Shown: positions 1-12,617, counted from the whole stretch's first letter. The stretch: DNA of 63,548 nucleotides, filler included, from Octopus bimaculoides (GCF_001194135.2; 6 parts of 6 records of this genome joined end to end with filler, not necessarily neighbours in it); one strand, 5' to 3'. The notes: generated by a model not told the origin, from the letters alone. Numbers and translations are program-made.

Positions 1-31
<31 letters not shown>

Positions 32-299
32 GCTGCATTTATTATACATGTGTTTGTATTTTAGGCCAGCTGCACCGTTTGACATGCTATTATGTTGTAT
101 CTCGAATGCGAAGTGTGTAATAAATAGCTAGTTATAACATTCAGGAAAATATATAGCAGTAAAACGCAGGAAGACATGTATTTGAGCAGAGTTAATCCCA
201 CTGAGTTAGTAGGATATGTGATTAACTTTCAATGGCGCTTTTGGGACTTGGGATTTGGATAATCGTTAGGAACAATATACTGGAGTGGTCTCTGGTCTC

Positions 300-515
300 T
301 CATTACTGTTCCATACCAATGTGGTCAATGAACTTACAAGAAATAACTGCCAAATCTTCGTCAGATTACACACTACAGTGTGACTGAGGAAAAAGACATG
401 TTTAATAACATGATTCAGGGTTTCCTACAAATAGGAAACAAGGTGAGATGGTCACGACTGGAGTAACTTTGATCATAAGTCTGCTCGATCAGGATTGATC
501 TGGGGTTAAGCATCT
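300..515. repeat. Old dispersed repeat, family C (other copies ~1390-1490, 2190-2370, 12300-12365; inverted 42693-42895)
   Basis: Shared motifs ctcgacctgytagaaatagcagccaaatctc and ttaaccccagatcaa.c.tgatcga recur in degenerate form. Confidence 0.55.
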
Positions 516-573
516 TCGGCAACTGAGAAAGTTGAACTCAGCGCTGCAAGCAAACATACAAAACGTAACATTC

Positions 574-811
574 TTATTTCTTTATTGCCCACAAGGGGCT
601 AAACATAGAGGGGACAAACAAGGACAGACAAAGGGATTAAGTCGATTACATCGACCCCAGTACGTAACTGGTACTTAATTTATCGACCCCGAAAGGATGA
701 AAGGCAAAGTCGACCTCGGCGGAATTTGAACTCAGAACGTTAACGGCAGACGAAATACCGCTAAGCATTTCGCCCGGCGTATTAACGTTTCTGCCACCTC
801 GCTGCCTTTAC
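574..811 (-). mobile_element. tRNA-derived SINE, family A (Meta-domain-like core)
   Basis: Pol III A/B boxes (TGGCAGAAACG; GAGTTCAAATTCC) and core GCCTTTCATCCTTTCGGGGTCGATAAATTAAGTACC. Exact 15-bp TSD CAAAACGTAACATTC at 559-573 and 812-826. Confidence 0.9.
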
Positions 812-1734
812 CAAAACGTAACATTCGTTAATACCGTTGTTATTGTTGTTGTTGTTATCATAGACCAGCAGTAATTGAGATGGGTTGAATGTGTCTATAA
901 ATCTCCTCTTTGGTCTTGTCCTTACGGTGATCGAACAAAAATAATGTTCTAAGTAGAGAATCGAACTCTGAACGCTGGACCGAAAGTACAATGTCATTAA
1001 CCACTAAACCAACTTCTGATAGCTGCAACGTCCATTAAGGCGGATATTTTGCTACGAATGAATTAAATAGCAGATTAAGCGAGAAGATGAAATTATAAAT
1101 TAATTAAAAGGTACTTAATGAACTACAAACTAAAAGATCAAAAGGGGGGAAAAAAGAGAAAGAGGAGGAGGGAAAGTGAAGGAGGGAAAGTGAAGGAGGA
1201 ACGTTTTATTGGGCAAAATTTAAAGTATAATTGAATTGTTAAAGAGAAGTTTAAACAGATCATTAATACAATTACTATTTCTCATTAATGTAAAAAGAAG
1301 CAACTCTTTAGCATCACCAAGTGGGAAGGTAGAATTTGCTTTGCTAAGAATAACTGAGTGCTTTGCTTGTGGTAGAAATAAGAAAGAAAATAATAATTGA
1401 AGGAAATAGCGGATGAGACAATGAGATAGAGTTTATGCGACTGCTCGACTCGCTACAAGTAGCAGCCAAATCTTCTTAAAACACTAAAATACACAAAAAG
1501 AGTAGCGACGAAATAAGACGAAATAAGACACAGACGTTGGGATTAGATCGGAAACGTCTTCAGAAAAGATTGAGAAAGCGATTGTATAATGGCACTAAAG
1601 CGGCAGCCTGAGGGGGGAAAGAGCAGTAGGGTGCCCTAAAACCATATGGCGAAGGAGCAATGACAAGAAAAGGAGGCGAGGAGGGCGGAGAAGCTGGAAA
1701 GAGACTAGAACAATGGCAGAAAACAGCCATTAAC

Positions 1735-1930
1735 TGGAGCAATGTTGAGAAATAAAGTATCTTGCTGAAGGACACAATGCGCTGCCGGGAATCGGTTGCC
1801 GGATGAGTGAACTGGAGCAGCGTGAAATAAAGTGTTTTCTTCAAGGACGCAACGCGCAGCCGGGAATTGAACTCACGACGTCTGATCTTGAGTTCAAATA
1901 CTCTAACCATTAAGCCACTCGCCTTCGCAC
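1735..1930 (-). mobile_element. CORE-like SINE head H1 fragment with partial duplication
   Basis: gagtgaactggagcagcgtgaaataaagtgttttcttcaaggac...ccattaagccactcgccttc matches 53040-53170. The core piece occurs twice. Confidence 0.7.
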
Positions 1931-3174
1931 TCTATAGAATCAAAGTTTGGGAGTTCGTTTTTCAATGTTTCCTGACAAGGAAAGGAGACGAGAAGGGCGA
2001 AGAAGCTGGAAAGAGACTAGAAAAATGGCAGAAAACAGAGCTGGTTGGAGAGACTGTGTTGCGGCCTTTGTGCTTCATGGCACGGAGAGAACTAACTAAT
2101 ATTTTATAAGTGAGTATTAAATTTCCCAAATAGTTAAATGAGAAGGTTTGTTAGAAAAATTATTTTATTATTGCTAAAAATAAGAAAGGAACAACTGACT
2201 GAAGTAGCCAATGAGACAACGAGAAAGTTTCTACGTGATCACTCGACCTGTTAAAAATAGCAGATAAATCTCCCTTAGATCATACCAAAACAATTTGAGT
2301 TGAAGAAACAGAACAATGAAATATCCTGCAAGCAATAGCTACATTTGCCTGATCCCAGGCAAAATCAAAATCCAAATCATTAGTGTCCCCAATGTTACTC
2401 CATAGCAAAATCCATACCTGGACTCAAATTACATTGTTTTTTTTTTATTTTCACACCCTCTCCTTCAAACACTCATACGTCGAAATCGCCGGGAGTGATC
2501 ATCAAATCATACACCAATGTACAAGGAATTGTACATTAGATAATCAAGCAATGTATCTGTTGGCATAAAAGGCGTATAGGCATATTAGACACACACACTT
2601 GGTCTCGTGATACGTACGGTGGCACACACACACTGAATTATATTTAATACGTTCGTATATAAACAGACGTGGAAAGACCTTCACGGCAGAAACTGTATGG
2701 AGAAAAAATAGTGCAACTTAAACATGAGTAAATACGGTAATTTATTACCATAACCGGGACGGTAGTCGAGACCTTGATCAGAGCGAGTGCAGCAGAGCAA
2801 GAGGTAATAAGTTCGCGTTGAAACGAGTCTGTGAAAAAGGTTTGGTTTTGGTTTCCAACTGAAGCCTTTGAAAAAAAGTATGGACGTCGTACGATATCAT
2901 CCCTCCTTCTTTATAAATGTGTTTGTGTGTGATATTAGTTACAAATGGATTTGGTATGGGTAGCAGCATTTTTCTTTCTTGAAAAATACAGTTCCTTGCG
3001 TTAAGGATTTCTCCTCTTCGAGTATTAACAAATTAATCCGCGTTTTACATATGGGGACTAACTACCCATCACAACGAAAAATAATGAATTTATTTCCTTT
3101 AGAAATAAAAACAACATTCCATTATTTTCGCTTTTAGAATTTTATTGCTATACTGAAAATGATTTGTAATAACC

Positions 3175-3325
3175 CTTTCTACTATAGGCCCAAGGCCTAG
3201 AATTTGTGGGAAGGAGGCTAGTCGATTACATCGAACCAGTGATCGACTGGTACTTATTTTATAGAACCCCGAAAGAATAAGAAACATAGCTGACCTCGTT
3301 GGAATTTGAACCCAGAACATAAAGC
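3175..3325 (-). mobile_element. SINE family A, degenerate partial copy
   Basis: gtcgattacatcgaaccag...ggaatttgaacccagaac aligns with the copy at 574-811. Confidence 0.75.
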
Positions 3326-3733
3326 TGGAAGAAGTGCTGCTAAACATTTTGAAAGAAGGGGAGGGGAGGAGAAANNNNNNNNNNNNNNNNNNNNNNNNNN
3401 NNNNNNNNNNNNNNNNNNNNNNNNNNNNNNNNNNNNNNNNNNNNNNNNNNNNNNNNNNNNNNNNNNNNNNNNNNNNNNNNNNNNNNNNNNNNNNNNNNNN
3501 NNNNNNNNNNNNNNNNNNNNNNNNNNNNNNNNNNNNNNNNNNNNNNNNNNNNNNNNNNNNNNNNNNNNNNNNNNNNNNNNNNNNNNNNNNNNNNNNNNNN
3601 NNNNNNNNNNNNNNNNNNNNNNNNNNNNNNNNNNNNNNNNNNNNNNNNNNNNNNNNNNNNNNNNNNNNNNNNNNNNNNNNNNNNNNNNNNNNNNNNNNNN
3701 NNNNNNNNNNNNNNNNNNNNNNNNNNNNNNNNN

Positions 3734-4165
3734 TGATGATTGATGACTAAAGATGATGATTGATGATTGATGACTAAAGATGATGATTGATGATTGATGA
3801 CTAAAGATGATGATTGATGACTAAAGATGATGATTGATGACTAAAGATGATGATTGATGACTAAAGATGATGATTGATGAATGATGACTAAAGATGATGA
3901 TTGATGATTGATGACTAAAGATGTTGATTGATGACTGACCAAAGATGATGATTGATGACTAAAGATGATGATTGATGATTGATGACCAAAGATGATTGAT
4001 GATTGATGACTAAAGATGATGGTTGATTCATGACTAAAGATGATGATTGATGATTGATGACTAAAGTTGATGATTGATTCATGACTAAAGATGATGATTG
4101 ATGATTGATGATTGATGACTAAAGTTGATGATTGATGATAAATGACTAAAGATGATAACGATGAT
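3734..4165. repeat. Minisatellite built from TGAT/GAT and GACTAAA units (basic period ~20 bp)
   Basis: tgatgattgatgactaaaga recurs many times with a variable number of tgat insertions. Confidence 0.95.
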
Positions 4166-4387
4166 GATGGGGAAAATACTACTACTATGCTAAATCTACT
4201 TCTAAACCAATATTTACTTCTACTACTTGAAATGATTTAAGATTACACAACAAGATTGAAAACAAAAAACAATGTTTTGAAATCGAAAACAGTTTAAATA
4301 CCATTTTAGTATTTGCCAACATTTAGAATATTAATTGCGATTGTTTAATCCAAGAAATTTGGAATTGTGTAAATGTATGAATTTTAA

Positions 4388-4425
<38 letters not shown>

Positions 4426-5559
4426 AAAATCTGCCTTTTATAGTATATATATATATATATATACACATACATACTCTGGATGCGTTTCAATTCTCTTCTT
4501 ATTTATCATTTCAATGGTTATCTCCATCTGAACATCTTATCAGTCGTGTCATTCTTATCAAAGTCTTCTTAACCTATCACAGCTTAATAAAATATTAAGT
4601 CACTCCAACAGCACTGATTTATATTTTATACCAATCCACTCCGTCTTGCAGACGTGTTTTTGGCCGCAACTGTTAAGGCGTATTCTCAAGATGTATAGCG
4701 ATTTTATACAATCAGACAAGAGAGGGCGATTTATCTCCCTCATCCGCTTAATGCTATGAAACCCGAGCTAAGCACCAGATTTATGAGCTCTTATGGATAC
4801 TAAAGACACTTAGCAACTTCTTTCTCCTCTCTCTTTCTCTCTCTTCTTTTCTTTCCTTTTTTTTTCTTTTCTTATAGAGTCATGTCGCGTGGTTTATATA
4901 GTTTATACCATTTCCTAACATATTTATTTATTATATTATTATTATCTTTCTTCTCTTTAGTTTACGGCTTGCGGCTCTTTATCGCAATAGTCCAACACGT
5001 TCAACCTTCTTGCTTTCACTGTTTGAAGTGATATTGAGTTTGCGATAGAAACACTTAAATTGCTTATTGCATCGATATTTTGATAATTAATTTGCAATAT
5101 ATAATAATCACTAAAGATTTTTATATTTTTTTCAATCAATTACCGAGAAAAGGATTATGCCAGTGTTTTGAACTTTTCATTGATTTCGCTAGTTCTTATT
5201 ATATTTCTCTGCCTTACATGTTTTTTGTTCATTGTTTTTTTTTTTTATTTATTTATATACCAATGTTGTTTTTGTTTTTTTTTAACATTCGATACGTCTT
5301 TATTACTTCATAATTTCTTTAGACATATGATGACTTCTTAGATAAATGACTAAAACAATTGAAGAAGATCAAATTTAGATTATTTACAGACACTTTTTTT
5401 CAAATAAACTAAGATGGGGGTCAAAATAGCAGCGTTATAATTATTTTTTGATTGGTTCGGCAATAAGAAACTGTTAAGATGATTATTAGCATTAAAAAAG
5501 TGGGGGCGGGTTAGGGGATTGCTAATGGCGATGGGTTTTTAATTTAATTTATTTATACA

Positions 5560-5724
5560 GGCGTAGGCGTGGGTGTGTGGTAAGAAGTTTGCTTCACAAC
5601 CATATGTTTCTGGGTTCAGTTCCCACGGTGTGGCACGTTGAACAAGTGTATTTTAATATAGCCACAGGCTGACTAAAACATTTTGAATGGATTTGGTGAG
5701 CGAAAACTGAAAGAAGCCCATCAT
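5560..5724 (+). mobile_element. SINE family B, 5' half (cut by gap)
   Basis: ggcgtaggcgtgggtgtgtggtaagaagtttgc...aactgaaagaagccc. Confidence 0.8.
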
Positions 5725-6133
5725 NNNNNNNNNNNNNNNNNNNNNNNNNNNNNNNNNNNNNNNNNNNNNNNNNNNNNNNNNNNNNNNNNNNNNNNNNNNN
5801 NNNNNNNNNNNNNNNNNNNNNNNNNNNNNNNNNNNNNNNNNNNNNNNNNNNNNNNNNNNNNNNNNNNNNNNNNNNNNNNNNNNNNNNNNNNNNNNNNNNN
5901 NNNNNNNNNNNNNNNNNNNNNNNNNNNNNNNNNNNNNNNNNNNNNNNNNNNNNNNNNNNNNNNNNNNNNNNNNNNNNNNNNNNNNNNNNNNNNNNNNNNN
6001 NNNNNNNNNNNNNNNNNNNNNNNNNNNNNNNNNNNNNNNNNNNNNNNNNNNNNNNNNNNNNNNNNNNNNNNNNNNNNAGAGAGAGAGAGAGAGAGAGAGA
6101 GAGATATATAGAGAGAGAGAGACAGAGAGAGAA

Positions 6134-6284
6134 CAACAGATGGATAATGTGTCAATTGTTTTTGAATATGGTTCATGTATTCACCTGACGAAAACGGGTT
6201 TTTCTAATGATGTAGTGTCTCCATTAATCAATTGAAAATTCGTTGGAAACAGCTGTAGGAAATTGACACATTATCTATCTGTTG
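6134..6284. repeat. Small MITE-like element, 24-bp inverted termini
   Basis: CAACAGATGGATAATGTGTCAATT (6134-6157) matches the reverse complement of 6261-6284 at 23/24 positions. Confidence 0.65.
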
Positions 6285-6724
6285 CTATTTATTTATTATT
6301 CACCTTTCTCAAAACCTGCTCCTTACGTAGATCCGAAATATATTATGGACCGTAGATTTAGTACAAGGTGCATTTCTTGATTAACCTCAGGACTAATGAT
6401 AAACTCAGTCGAGTACAGTTAATCGTATACATAACCTGAATATCTTCCTGCCTGTACTCCGGTACCCGCATATGTATTCCTTTATTTTTGTTGAGTGCAC
6501 ATTTTATTTTTCGACCTGATCCAATGCTTTACCATTTAAGTTCCTGGTTCACAAATTAAAGAAACAAGAACAGGTTCAACATTTCCTTTCAATGAATTTC
6601 AATCGTTTTAACTTACATTATTGGTTTCAACGACGTCTGTCGGATTTCTCAAATGAAAATGTTTTTAGTAGTGGCAGGTTTTCATCCAGTTTTTTTTTCC
6701 TTATATATACCACAGAAACCTCTA

Positions 6725-6990
6725 ACCATTTTCACTTTATGTGTGTGTGTGGGGGGGGGGGGGGTGATTGTTTCTTTGTATCCGTTTTAGCCCTCCTCCT
6801 CCTTACCGTTTGACAACCGGTGTTTGTTTGTTTATTTACCTCCCCGTAACTTGGGATTTCTGTAAAACACACCGATAGAATAAGAACCGATCTTTTAAAA
6901 ACAAATAAGAACTGGGGTCGATTTGTTCCGCTAAAACTCTTCAGGGCAGTGCCCTAGCATGGCTGTAGTCCAATGACTGAATCAAATACA
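6725..6990 (+). mobile_element. SINE family B, 3' half
   Basis: gtttgacaaccggtg...ccccgtaactt...gatagaataag...ggggtcgattt...agcatggctgtagtccaatgactgaa. Confidence 0.7.
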
Positions 6991-7187
6991 CGATAAGAAA
7001 TGATGGAAGCATATCTAACCTTACCGTGTACTATAGAATGGGTATTAGGCTTATAAACCCCAAAATGTGTGTTACCAGTCACATGATTTTCTGAAAATCT
7101 GAAGAAATAACTTTAATATGTCCCTAATGTATGACTACTACTCAAGCATTATGGTTTTGTGTTTTATGGAATTTATTATTTCCTATT

Positions 7188-7484
7188 GGCCTGATCCCAG
7201 TGGTTAGGGCAGGGGACTCGCGGTCGGAGGATCGCGGTTCCGATTGCCAGACCGGGCGTTGTGTGTGTTTATTGAGCGAAAACACCTCAAGCTCCACGAG
7301 GCTCCGGCACGGGGTGGTGGTGACTCCTGTTGTACTCTTTCGCCCCAACTTTCTCTCACTTTTTCTTCCTGTTTCTTGAGTAAAGCTGTGATGGACTGGC
7401 GTCCCGTCCAGCTGAAGTGGGGGGATACATATGCCATAGAAACCGGGAAACCGGGCCCATGAGCCTGGCTAGGTTTTAAAAGGG
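7188..7484 (+). mobile_element. tRNA-derived SINE, head H2 + tail T2
   Basis: 7195-7378 aligns with the 54500-54697 head/body; 7385-7484 aligns with the 52925-53030 tail. The copy ends at a gap. Confidence 0.88.
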
Positions 7485-7696
7485 NNNNNNNNNNNNNNNN
7501 NNNNNNNNNNNNNNNNNNNNNNNNNNNNNNNNNNNNNNNNNNNNNNNNNNNNNNNNNNNNNNNNNNNNNNNNNNNNNNNNNNNNNNNNNNNNNNNNNNNN
7601 NNNNNNNNNNNNNNNNNNNNNNNNNNNNNNNNNNNNNNNNNNNNNNNNNNNNNNNNNNNATAATGTGTATGTGCACGTTTTTGCATGAGGGAGCTG

Positions 7697-7732
<36 letters not shown>

Positions 7733-7873
7733 GTATGTAAAAACAGAGAGAATAGATAAATATGTATTAGGTGTATGTGTGTGCATGACGTATGTGTGTG
7801 TGTGTGTAAATATCTATGTCATATGTTGTTTATACAGACACACGTACACACACAGATACACAGACAGACTGAC

Positions 7874-7876
<3 letters not shown>

Positions 7877-7960
<84 letters not shown>
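7877..7960. repeat. (GATA)n microsatellite
   Basis: Visible directly. Similar tracts at ~38055-38115, 40921-41025 and 55135-55200. Confidence 0.95.
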
Positions 7961-7961
<1 letters not shown>

Positions 7962-8419
7962 TTTATTTATATACATAGATGTAGATATATGATATATATG
8001 TTATACATACTAGATATATTATATATATATAAATATATTTGGATATGTGCGTATGTGTGTGTGTATGAGTATATAGAACAGATGGGCTTCTCTTAGAGGC
8101 CTGCCAAACTTTAAGTTGCTTGGAACCGAATCAGACTGTTTCAAATAATATATAGCTAGATATGATATAACTATGTATATAGGTGTAATATAAGTGTGCA
8201 TATGTTTTACATTTATAACTTTTACACATATATATCCACACAAACACACACACATACACACATGCATATATTTATTTGTATGTATATATTTTTTGACGTC
8301 ATAAGAATTCACAAACCTTCGTGAGAACGTGAAATAAATCCGTTACGGAATTGAATCTCGAAGTACATATGCAGAGCTATAAATGATAGCATGTAAATAA
8401 TATTAGGTTCAAAAACAAA

Positions 8420-8700
8420 AAGAAGCCCATCATATATATATATATATATGTATGTATATCAGTTTGTGTGTGTCTATGTGTCTGTTTTTATCCCCCCTCC
8501 AACCGCCATCACCTGACAACCAATGCTGGTGTGTTTATGTTCCCGTAACTTAGCGGTTCGGCAATAAGTGTACGATAGAATAAGTACTAAGCTTACAAAG
8601 TATAAGTTCTGGGGGTCGATTTCTTCGATTAAAACTCCCTTAAGGTTATGCTCCAACATAGCCGCAGTCAAAGGACTGAAACAAGTAAAAGAATAAAAGA
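8420..8700 (+). mobile_element. SINE family B, 3' half
   Basis: cccgtaacttagcggttcggcaa...gatagaataagtact...gccgcagtcaaaggactgaaacaagtaaaaga. Confidence 0.8.
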
Positions 8701-9050
8701 ATATATATATATATATANNNNNNNNNNNNNNNNNNNNNNNNNNNNNNNNNNNNNNNNNNNNNNGCACCACACTTGATTGATTCGACAGTAAACTTCTCTC
8801 CTCTCCTAAAACGTTGTGGCTCAGTGCCACACTATGTAATTCATATATTATTATCTTGTATTTTTATTCTGAATTCCAATCCCCTCATGGTCCACATTTC
8901 CCTTTCGTGTCCTCGGGATCAATAAAACAAAAATATAAAAACAGAAAAAACAAAAACAAAAATAAAAAACAAAAATAAAAAACAACAATTAAAGTGTCAG
9001 TAATATACTGGAATCGATTAAACAGACTCTATCTCTTCGCCCGATCAACA

Positions 9051-9065
9051 TTGGCCGCGTGCCAA
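9051..9065. promoter_or_regulatory. Perfect NFI/CTF consensus site TTGGC-N5-GCCAA
   Basis: TTGGC CGCGT GCCAA in apparently unique sequence. Motif match only; no functional evidence. Confidence 0.3.
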
Positions 9066-9699
9066 AATAACAAATCGTTATTTTCAAATGCTTTTTTATT
9101 GTTTTGTAAAGTAGTTCTATTGGTAGCAACGGTTTTAGTGGTGTTAGATGTTGTTGTTGTTGTTATTGTTGTTGTTGTTGTTCCTTAGCCTCTTGTTGTG
9201 CCTGGTTGAACAGCTCTATATTTTTATCCAAGACGTTCGTTCTAGCCTTAACTACCCTGTCTTTTTTATTTTCTGCTTATATACAGTATTACCAGGAATT
9301 CATTAACCAATGTTTTCTTGCCCCTTTTTTTTCCTTTTTTCTTTAAGATTTCGGAGATCTTGGCTGGTTTTCCTAAGAGAGATTCTTTCGTTGACTGAAC
9401 GATTAGTTGTTATTGCTCTTGTTGTTGTTTTTATTGCGTAGTCCTAAATCATCTCTGATCGAATTATCCCAAGTCGCATTCACTCAACACCATGCGATCC
9501 TTACAATAACGGTGTTTTCTTTTTTTCTTCTTTGCATTTTTTTTTTTTGGCAAATGACCTTAATCCGAAACGTGTATCTTCTTTATATAGTAAAATCAAT
9601 TAACTAGCACTCTTGTTCGTTTTAAAGTGTTTTTTTTATTCAGAGCTTACTCTATGAGAAGTAAATAACTACAACTACTGATTTTTCATTAATATTTTA

Positions 9700-9880
9700 T
9701 CTTTTACTTGCTTCAGTCATTAGATTGCGACCATGCTGGAGTGCCACCTTGAAAAAGTTTTAGTCGAATGAATCGGCCCAGGTACTTATTATTTTTTAAG
9801 ATTGACGGTCACGAGTGCTGAACCACTAAGTTACGGGGATGTAAACACACCAACAACGGTTGTCAAGCAGTGGTGCGGGG
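9700..9880 (-). mobile_element. SINE family B, 3' half
   Basis: cttcagtcattagattgcgaccatgctggag...ctaagttacggggatgtaaacacacc. Confidence 0.75.
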
Positions 9881-9884
9881 AAAG

Positions 9885-9929
<45 letters not shown>

Positions 9930-10037
9930 NNNNNNNNNNAGAGAGAGAGAGAGAGAGAGAGAAAATATATATGTATATACTTACATATAAGAGACCAAAG
10001 TATACGTACGCCGCTATATTTTTATATATAAAGAATA

Positions 10038-10199
10038 CGAAAATGGGACAAGGACGCAAAACATCCAGACAGTTAGGTGATACAGCCGAAATTGCAAAGA
10101 TAATCTGGAACTCGACTGAGGAAAGAAAACTCCGAATGACCCGTCCTTGTTTTCTTTGTATCGTCTGTCTGGATGTTTTGCGTTCTTGTCCCATTTTCG
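10038..10199. mobile_element. MITE, 162 bp, 35-bp TIRs, TA TSD (Tc1/mariner-type)
   Basis: CGAAAATGGGACAAGGACGCAAAACATCCAGACAG (10038-10072) matches the reverse complement of 10165-10199 at 34/35 positions. TA lies on both sides. Confidence 0.85.
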
Positions 10200-10503
10200 T
10201 ATTTACATACATACTTACATACATACATATATAGATATATATATATATATATATAGAAAGATAGATAGATAGATAGATATACACACGACAGGCCTTTTTC
10301 ACTCTCCGTCTACCAAATTCACTCACAAGGCTTGAGGCCTTCTCACATAGACAGACAACCGAATTACGACTTGCTATCCCCAGATACATAGCTCCGGAGT
10401 TACTGCTACAAGTTTCTCTGACGAATCTTCATCACCAAGCCTTCGTTCTGGCTCTGAAGATTTTTGTTTCTGTCATATTATTATTATATCCAATACAAAA
10501 GAA

Positions 10504-10725
10504 GTGAGTTGGCAGGATCGTTAGCACGCCGGACAACGATGCTCAGTGGCATTTCTTCCGGCTTTATACTCTGAGTTCAAATTCCGCCGAGGTCGACTTT
10601 GTCTTTCATCCAACAATTTCAGGGTCGACGAAATAAGTACCAATTGAACGCTGAAATCGATCTACTCGGCTACCCTCTCCCCACTCATACCCTAATGTCA
10701 GGCCTTGTGTCTATTAGTAGAAATA
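10504..10725 (+). mobile_element. SINE family A
   Basis: ttggcaggatcgttagcacgccgg...ctgagttcaaattccgccgaggtcgactttg... Confidence 0.8.
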
Positions 10726-11447
10726 ATTATTACATCCAAGTTTAAGTCATTCAGTACATTCAGCCTTTTTAAAGACAACAGGGCAAAGTTTAAGAGAGGC
10801 TTTTTGGTATTAGCCGTTATAATATCTAGCATGTCGAACGAGTGAGTATACTCGTCGTATTCTCTGTTGTTAGAGAAATTATTTTATCGTCATATTATCA
10901 TAATAATAAAAAAGCAATAGTTCCTTGTACTTTTTTACTGATAGCTTCTCAAACAGATAATGAATATTTATTTGTACGCCGAGATACAGATGTAGATATT
11001 TACTTCTTGTCATGTAACCTCTGAATTCAAACTTTCAATTTGATATGCCTTATCTACGCAGCTTAACCTCTTTATCATATAGTTTGTTTCATACTCTTGA
11101 ATAAGAGTATGCGTACGTGCGTGTGTGTCTGTGATATGTTAAGTAATGCTGTCTTGTCTGTATAACTGATTTCTTAGTTAAACACAACCGCGATTAGCTT
11201 ATTTGCGATTAGCATATTTACGTTCGAATCTGTTGGAACGTGTTAAGAATAAATATGCATGTCATCGTTTCAGACTTCGCTGTTTACATTGCATATGACG
11301 ATTTATTATCGGTTGGCAAATATCAACACTGATCAGCGAACAGTTTGTTCGCTGAAAATAAAAACAAAGCCATCGACTCTTGTCATATTCATTAGTCCGC
11401 TTACTTCTGGCTGATGGAACATACGTCGATACAAATTTAAAGGTATA

Positions 11448-11659
11448 TACTCTTTTACTTGTTTCAGTCATTTGACTGCGGCCATGCTGGAGCACCGCCT
11501 TTAGTCGAGCAAATCGACCCCAGGACTTATTCTTTGTAAGCCTAGTACTTATTCTATCGTTCTCTTTTGCCGAACCGCTAAGTTACGGGGACGTAAACAC
11601 ACCAGCATCGGTTGTCAAGAGATGTTGGGGGGGGGGCAAACACAGACACACGAACATAT

Positions 11660-11718
<59 letters not shown>

Positions 11719-11884
11719 TACGACGGGATTCTTTCAGTTTCCGTCTACCAAATCCACTCACAAGGCTTTGGTCGGCCCGAGGCTATAGCAGAAGACACTT
11801 GCCCAAGGTGCCATGCAGTGGGACTGAACTCGGAACCATGTGGTTGGTTAGCAAGCTACTTACCACACAGCCACTCCTGCGCCT
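11448..11884 (-). mobile_element. tRNA-derived SINE, family B, full-length copy with internal (TA)n/(CA)n
   Basis: Head GGCGCAGGAGTGGCTGTGTGG...GAGTTCAGTCCC, CORE-like CACCTTGGGCAAGTGTCTTC block, internal microsatellite, and 3' half ending GACTGAAACAAGTAAAAGAGT. CpGs are intact. Confidence 0.9.
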
Positions 11885-12164
11885 ATATATAAATAGAATG
11901 ATGTGACCAGTTTACTTTCTCGAGGAATAGGGTTAGCAACATAAAAGAAGTAAATTGGTTTCAATCAGGAATCGAAACCGATTTCCTGACTCGGCTCCTC
12001 GCGACGATAGTCCTCGGTTTATAACTCTCGTCACACTCCAACCTCATAATGAACCAGGGAGAAAACCACTCCACGCTCTTTGTCTAAGACTTCTTTTGTA
12101 ATTCTTCTCGTATAGTTCCATTTGCAACTAGAACAATTTACAGAAATATTTAATTAACTCCAAT

Positions 12165-12290
12165 ACTTGGTGGACAGTTTATTTTTAATCGATTCTGGAA
12201 GGACGGAAAGCTAAGTTGACCGCAGCGGAATTTGAACTTAGAACGTAAAGCGCAGCAATTAAATACCGCAAAATATTTTGTTCGATGCTC
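12165..12290 (-). mobile_element. SINE family A, partial
   Basis: gcggaatttgaacttagaacgtaaag B-box region and a degenerate core. Confidence 0.6.
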
Positions 12291-12586
12291 TACTTTCTTT
12301 TTTGTTCAGTATTTCGTGGTTGCTCGATATGCTAGAAACAGCTGCTAAATCTCTCTCAAATTTCAACTTACTGGAGAGTATTGTAGTTCGCTTGAAGCAT
12401 TGTGTATTGTTTGTAAAGAATAAAAAGTTTAGAATGGTACAACAATGCACTATAGAACAAACAATGGACTATATACCTGTTGTAATTTGGTTATCTATAG
12501 TCTGATGATATTTCGGAATTACAATTCCTTCTTCAGATCTTCTTAGATGGAGTCTCTGCTATAATCCAAAAATATTCAATCCGGCT

Positions 12587-12617
<31 letters not shown>

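Noticed and set aside
3734-4165. CRISPR-like regular repeat
   Set aside because: There are no unique spacers, the context is eukaryotic, and no cas genes are present; it is a simple minisatellite.
11333-11355. 10-bp perfect hairpin TCAGCGAACA-gtt-TGTTCGCTGA (and a 9-bp one at 40154-40178)
   Set aside because: These are short isolated stems with no supporting context; one or two could arise by chance in a window of this size.
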